From assembly GCA_013115125.1 (NCBI GenBank), contig JABANN010000052.1, positions 62,001 through 97,359 of the forward strand: DNA of 35,359 nucleotides. The letters run 5' to 3'. The position numbers and the translations under genes were made by a program. Positions within the stretch are counted from its first letter, which is position 1. Every line of letters begins with the position of its first letter. This DNA comes from Perkinsus olseni (Eukaryota). The notes beneath the pieces are model-generated. The model did no database searches. It was given only the letters and a program-made list of their open reading frames with translations, and was not told the origin of the DNA. Of the stretch, positions 32,063-35,359 are shown piece after piece.

Positions 32063-33085
32063 ATGAGAGGATACAAGTACATCGTACTGCTTTCCTTGCT
32101 GGCAGAGTTGGTACGATCAGAAGGGCCTGAGAACGGCCACAATGTTGTTTTCAACGAACAGAGTGATGAAGTGTCGCCTGATGACGCTTCGGGATTCGAC
32201 GGTGCTCCATTCAACGTAGATTTCGGGCAGGGCCAGGGGTCCGGCATAATCATTCCAATGGGAGGATTCTCGTTCGTGCCGATGGAAGAGTTTTATGATT
32301 CGATCGACGACGTCCACGAGCTTGCGGGCGGTGACAAAGCGGTGGTAGCTCAACCGCAGCAACCGAAGCGCCTCCGCCGCGGAGTCGTTCCTGTTGTGAA
32401 CGTCCTGAATGGTCTCATCGGGCAAATGTTGAATCAGATGATGGCGGGGTCTTTGGGCGGTATTGAAGGGGAGTCTACCTTCAGTATGAACACTACGGCC
32501 AGCGAAGTTGTAATCTCCGGCCAACTTCCGAAGCAGACGCTGCGAACGGAACTCGGCCAGGAGGACAACGGTATTACCGTTAAGCAGGTCGGGAGAGGTA
32601 TTGTCGTACAAGTGCGGAAGACTGACGGCCCGCTGGTGACGGAGATGCAAAGATACTACCCGATGACGGAGGACTGCATGCTTGATAAGACCAAAGTCGT
32701 TTACGACCAGAACAGCGGTAAACTCCGAGTTACTGTGCCTCGGAACCCTGACTTGGTTGCTGCGAAGGCGGACGAAACACAAAATCCGGGAGCTGATTCG
32801 GAAGAGATCAAGAGACAGCTCGACGAGGAGGCTCAGAAGGATGGAATCAAGATTCGTTTCGGTGATGACGATACCCTAACCGTCATCGTTCCGACGTCGC
32901 TCGGCAAAGTTGCGAAGTTTAACGGTAGTCGCATTGAGTTGGACAGCGGCCGAGTTGTGACGGTACCTGTTGAAGTGGATGCGCTGGTGGACGAGTCTCA
33001 GGCCTCGCAGCAGGATGCCAGAGAGTACACATTCCGAAGTTCCGAGGTGTCGAAGAATATACCGATAACGAATGATGAGCTGTGA
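32063..33085 (+). CDS. Secretory-pathway small heat-shock (alpha-crystallin/HSP20-like) protein with C-terminal NDEL, intronless, 340 aa
   Basis: Signal peptide MRGYKYIVLLSLLAELVRS. The central beta-rich segment EVVISGQLP...MQRYYPMTEDCMLDKTKVVYDQNSGKLRVTVPR resembles the beta7-beta9 motif of the alpha-crystallin domain. The protein ends -NDEL*. The ORF itself is secure; the HSP20 assignment rests on motif resemblance. Confidence 0.7.
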   Translation: MRGYKYIVLLSLLAELVRSEGPENGHNVVFNEQSDEVSPDDASGFDGAPFNVDFGQGQGSGIIIPMGGFSFVPMEEFYDSIDDVHELAGGDKAVVAQPQQPKRLRRGVVPVVNVLNGLIGQMLNQMMAGSLGGIEGESTFSMNTTASEVVISGQLPKQTLRTELGQEDNGITVKQVGRGIVVQVRKTDGPLVTEMQRYYPMTEDCMLDKTKVVYDQNSGKLRVTVPRNPDLVAAKADETQNPGADSEEIKRQLDEEAQKDGIKIRFGDDDTLTVIVPTSLGKVAKFNGSRIELDSGRVVTVPVEVDALVDESQASQQDAREYTFRSSEVSKNIPITNDEL

Positions 33086-33571
33086 AGAGAAGACTGCTGT
33101 GCATCATTGGTGATTTCTGTTATTGTCGCCTTTTGTGAAGCGAGCTGCAATATATCGTCAACTCAAAAGGGTTTGGTTGGTCAATATATTAGTAGGGGAC
33201 TCGCAAGGTTCCAATTGCGAGGCTCTTTTGATCAGTGACGATGCGAAGTGCTCTTACTGAATCCGATATACTTCTTTCCCGATCTCCACGAGGTGAGTTT
33301 GTTTCGAACCTCCCAGGCTCAGCATTAATGTTGGCAGTCAAGGTTATGGTGTATATATACACTCTTCCCTCAGATCTTTGTGTAGGTCTTACAGGAGTCA
33401 AACCTCGGCCGGAATTCCTTCCCCGGAGCCGCAGTATTTCACGTGGACGATCGCCTTCCCGTACGGCACCTCAAGCACGTGGAAGACCGCACGCGTAGAC
33501 TATCCAAGCTTTTCCTGTTCAGCGGTATCTCTCTTCCCTCCCGATTCAGACACTCTACTCGGAGTGCCGCC

Positions 33572-34243
33572 ATGATCCATCGCTCTCGCTCTCCACGTGG
33601 ACTTTCTAGGTCTCCAAAACCGGAGCGTGCAAATATGGGAGACCGACGGCGTGTGTCTGCGTGGCAGTGAGTTACCGAATCGAATGATCTGGCGTTGCTC
33701 GTTCCGGCATGGAAGTCTCATCCGCTACTTAACGAATGGAAATCTTGTCGAGGTACCTCTACAAACGTATGCAGCGCCCCGAGTTCATCTTGCTTTCCGT
33801 TTGGTGGGCAGTTTTACTTGGGATAGTCGTGTATGTGGGTGAAGCCGGTGGCTTACTCAAAGAAGTATGGAAGCCCATGCTTTGTCTGAGCGGAATACCG
33901 TTGGTGTGCCTCGCTGCCTTGATATACATAGGTAGTTGAAATATGCCAGTGTTGCGTAGCAGTGAGGGACGAGGAACTCGGCCAGCACAATATCCTCGAT
34001 AGAGAGCATGCCCCCGAGAGCTGTGGGTGGAAGCAGCGTTTGATGCTTGAAACACATAGCACAAGTCTCGTGACGACGACGATATATATGTACTTATGAG
34101 TCTTGTGGGCATGGGCTTTTCGAGTCTCGGAGATGATGCTTGTGGTTGATGCACTGCGGGAAGCGCTAGTGATTCGTGGTCGTGCACAGCTCCCGCAGCT
34201 GTGGAAGCGGATTCTGTCGAGAGCAAAGCACGCTCCCGGCTGA
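33572..34243 (+). CDS. Possible small two-TM membrane protein, multi-exon, boundaries uncertain
   Basis: ORF 33736-33939 has two hydrophobic helices (FILLSVWWAVLLGIVVYVG and MLCLSGIPLVCLAALIYI) followed by a GT...AG intron-like gap. An upstream RS-rich ORF from 33572 ends at a GTGAGT donor. Confidence 0.35.
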
Positions 34244-34910
34244 CGAATCGTCAGTGACGATGGCGTCGCTCTGAGCAACATTCTTCGGCTTGATGAACAG
34301 AGCCAATTCAACGGGCAGAACCAATCTTCGATGGTACATCGGTGTTAGTCTAACTAAGCCGTAGTGTCGGCGTTGGACCTTCAACTCACACACAACAATG
34401 ATCAATCCCATCAGCTTCGCCCAGTCCTCAGAGATCGCGAGTCACGTAGTCGTGCGAATAACGAGGTGAGTCGCACCTTACCCGAGCTGAACGTTGCCCC
34501 GAAAGTGGACGGGGAATGCTGCTCACAGTCATTGTAAGGAATCCGCTACAACACCGTGCAAGACTCAGTCGGCTTTTGCTGACAACTCCCTATCAGCCGC
34601 AAGGTTAGGTTCGACTATCAAGCGCTGCAATGGCTGTTGTCCCACCATACACGCGCCATACGAGGACTAAAAACTCGACAGCGATGAAAGTTGATCATCA
34701 ATCATTATACACTCGGCGCACCACATGGTGTGACAGAAGTTATCGCGGAAAAGCAACGAGGAATATTAACCTCAAACTAATACCGACTTATAACTGACAC
34801 ATCCGATACTGTAGACCCTGGAAGCCATAGACTGAGTCAAGACTCCAGCATTTACGTCCACAACGGTACAGCCAAGGACTCAGAATGATGGCAAGCATGA
34901 TGGAAGGGAA

Positions 34911-35359
<449 letters not shown>

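Overview
This is eukaryotic nuclear DNA from a compact protist genome with many short (about 40-55 nt) GT-AG introns. The source is most likely a perkinsid alveolate such as Perkinsus, inferred from the use of EFL in place of EF-1alpha, the intron style and the tubulin sequence; I could not verify this. The left 11 kb holds six closely spaced minus-strand genes: topoisomerase III beta (3' end outside the window), Sec61 beta, an ankyrin-HECT E3 ligase, a YVH1/DUSP12-type phosphatase, a probable mitochondrial membrane protein and SFT2. Next come a poorly resolved region that may encode a secreted protein, two hypothetical plus-strand genes and two tandem intronless EFL genes. The right end has a multi-exon GBP/atlastin-superfamily GTPase, a small heat-shock-like protein ending in NDEL, a small membrane protein and the 3' end of beta-tubulin. 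The three most interesting observations are: (1) the GBP-like GTPase appears to have a signal peptide and one C-terminal TM helix, which would put the GTPase in the lumen or outside the cell, and it sits next to an ER-retained sHSP; (2) the EFL paralogues have identical G domains but diverged domains II/III; (3) an in-frame junction could fuse the putative mitochondrial protein to the phosphatase. I found no rRNA, tRNA, CRISPR array or recognisable mobile element. All exon models were traced by eye and need transcript support.
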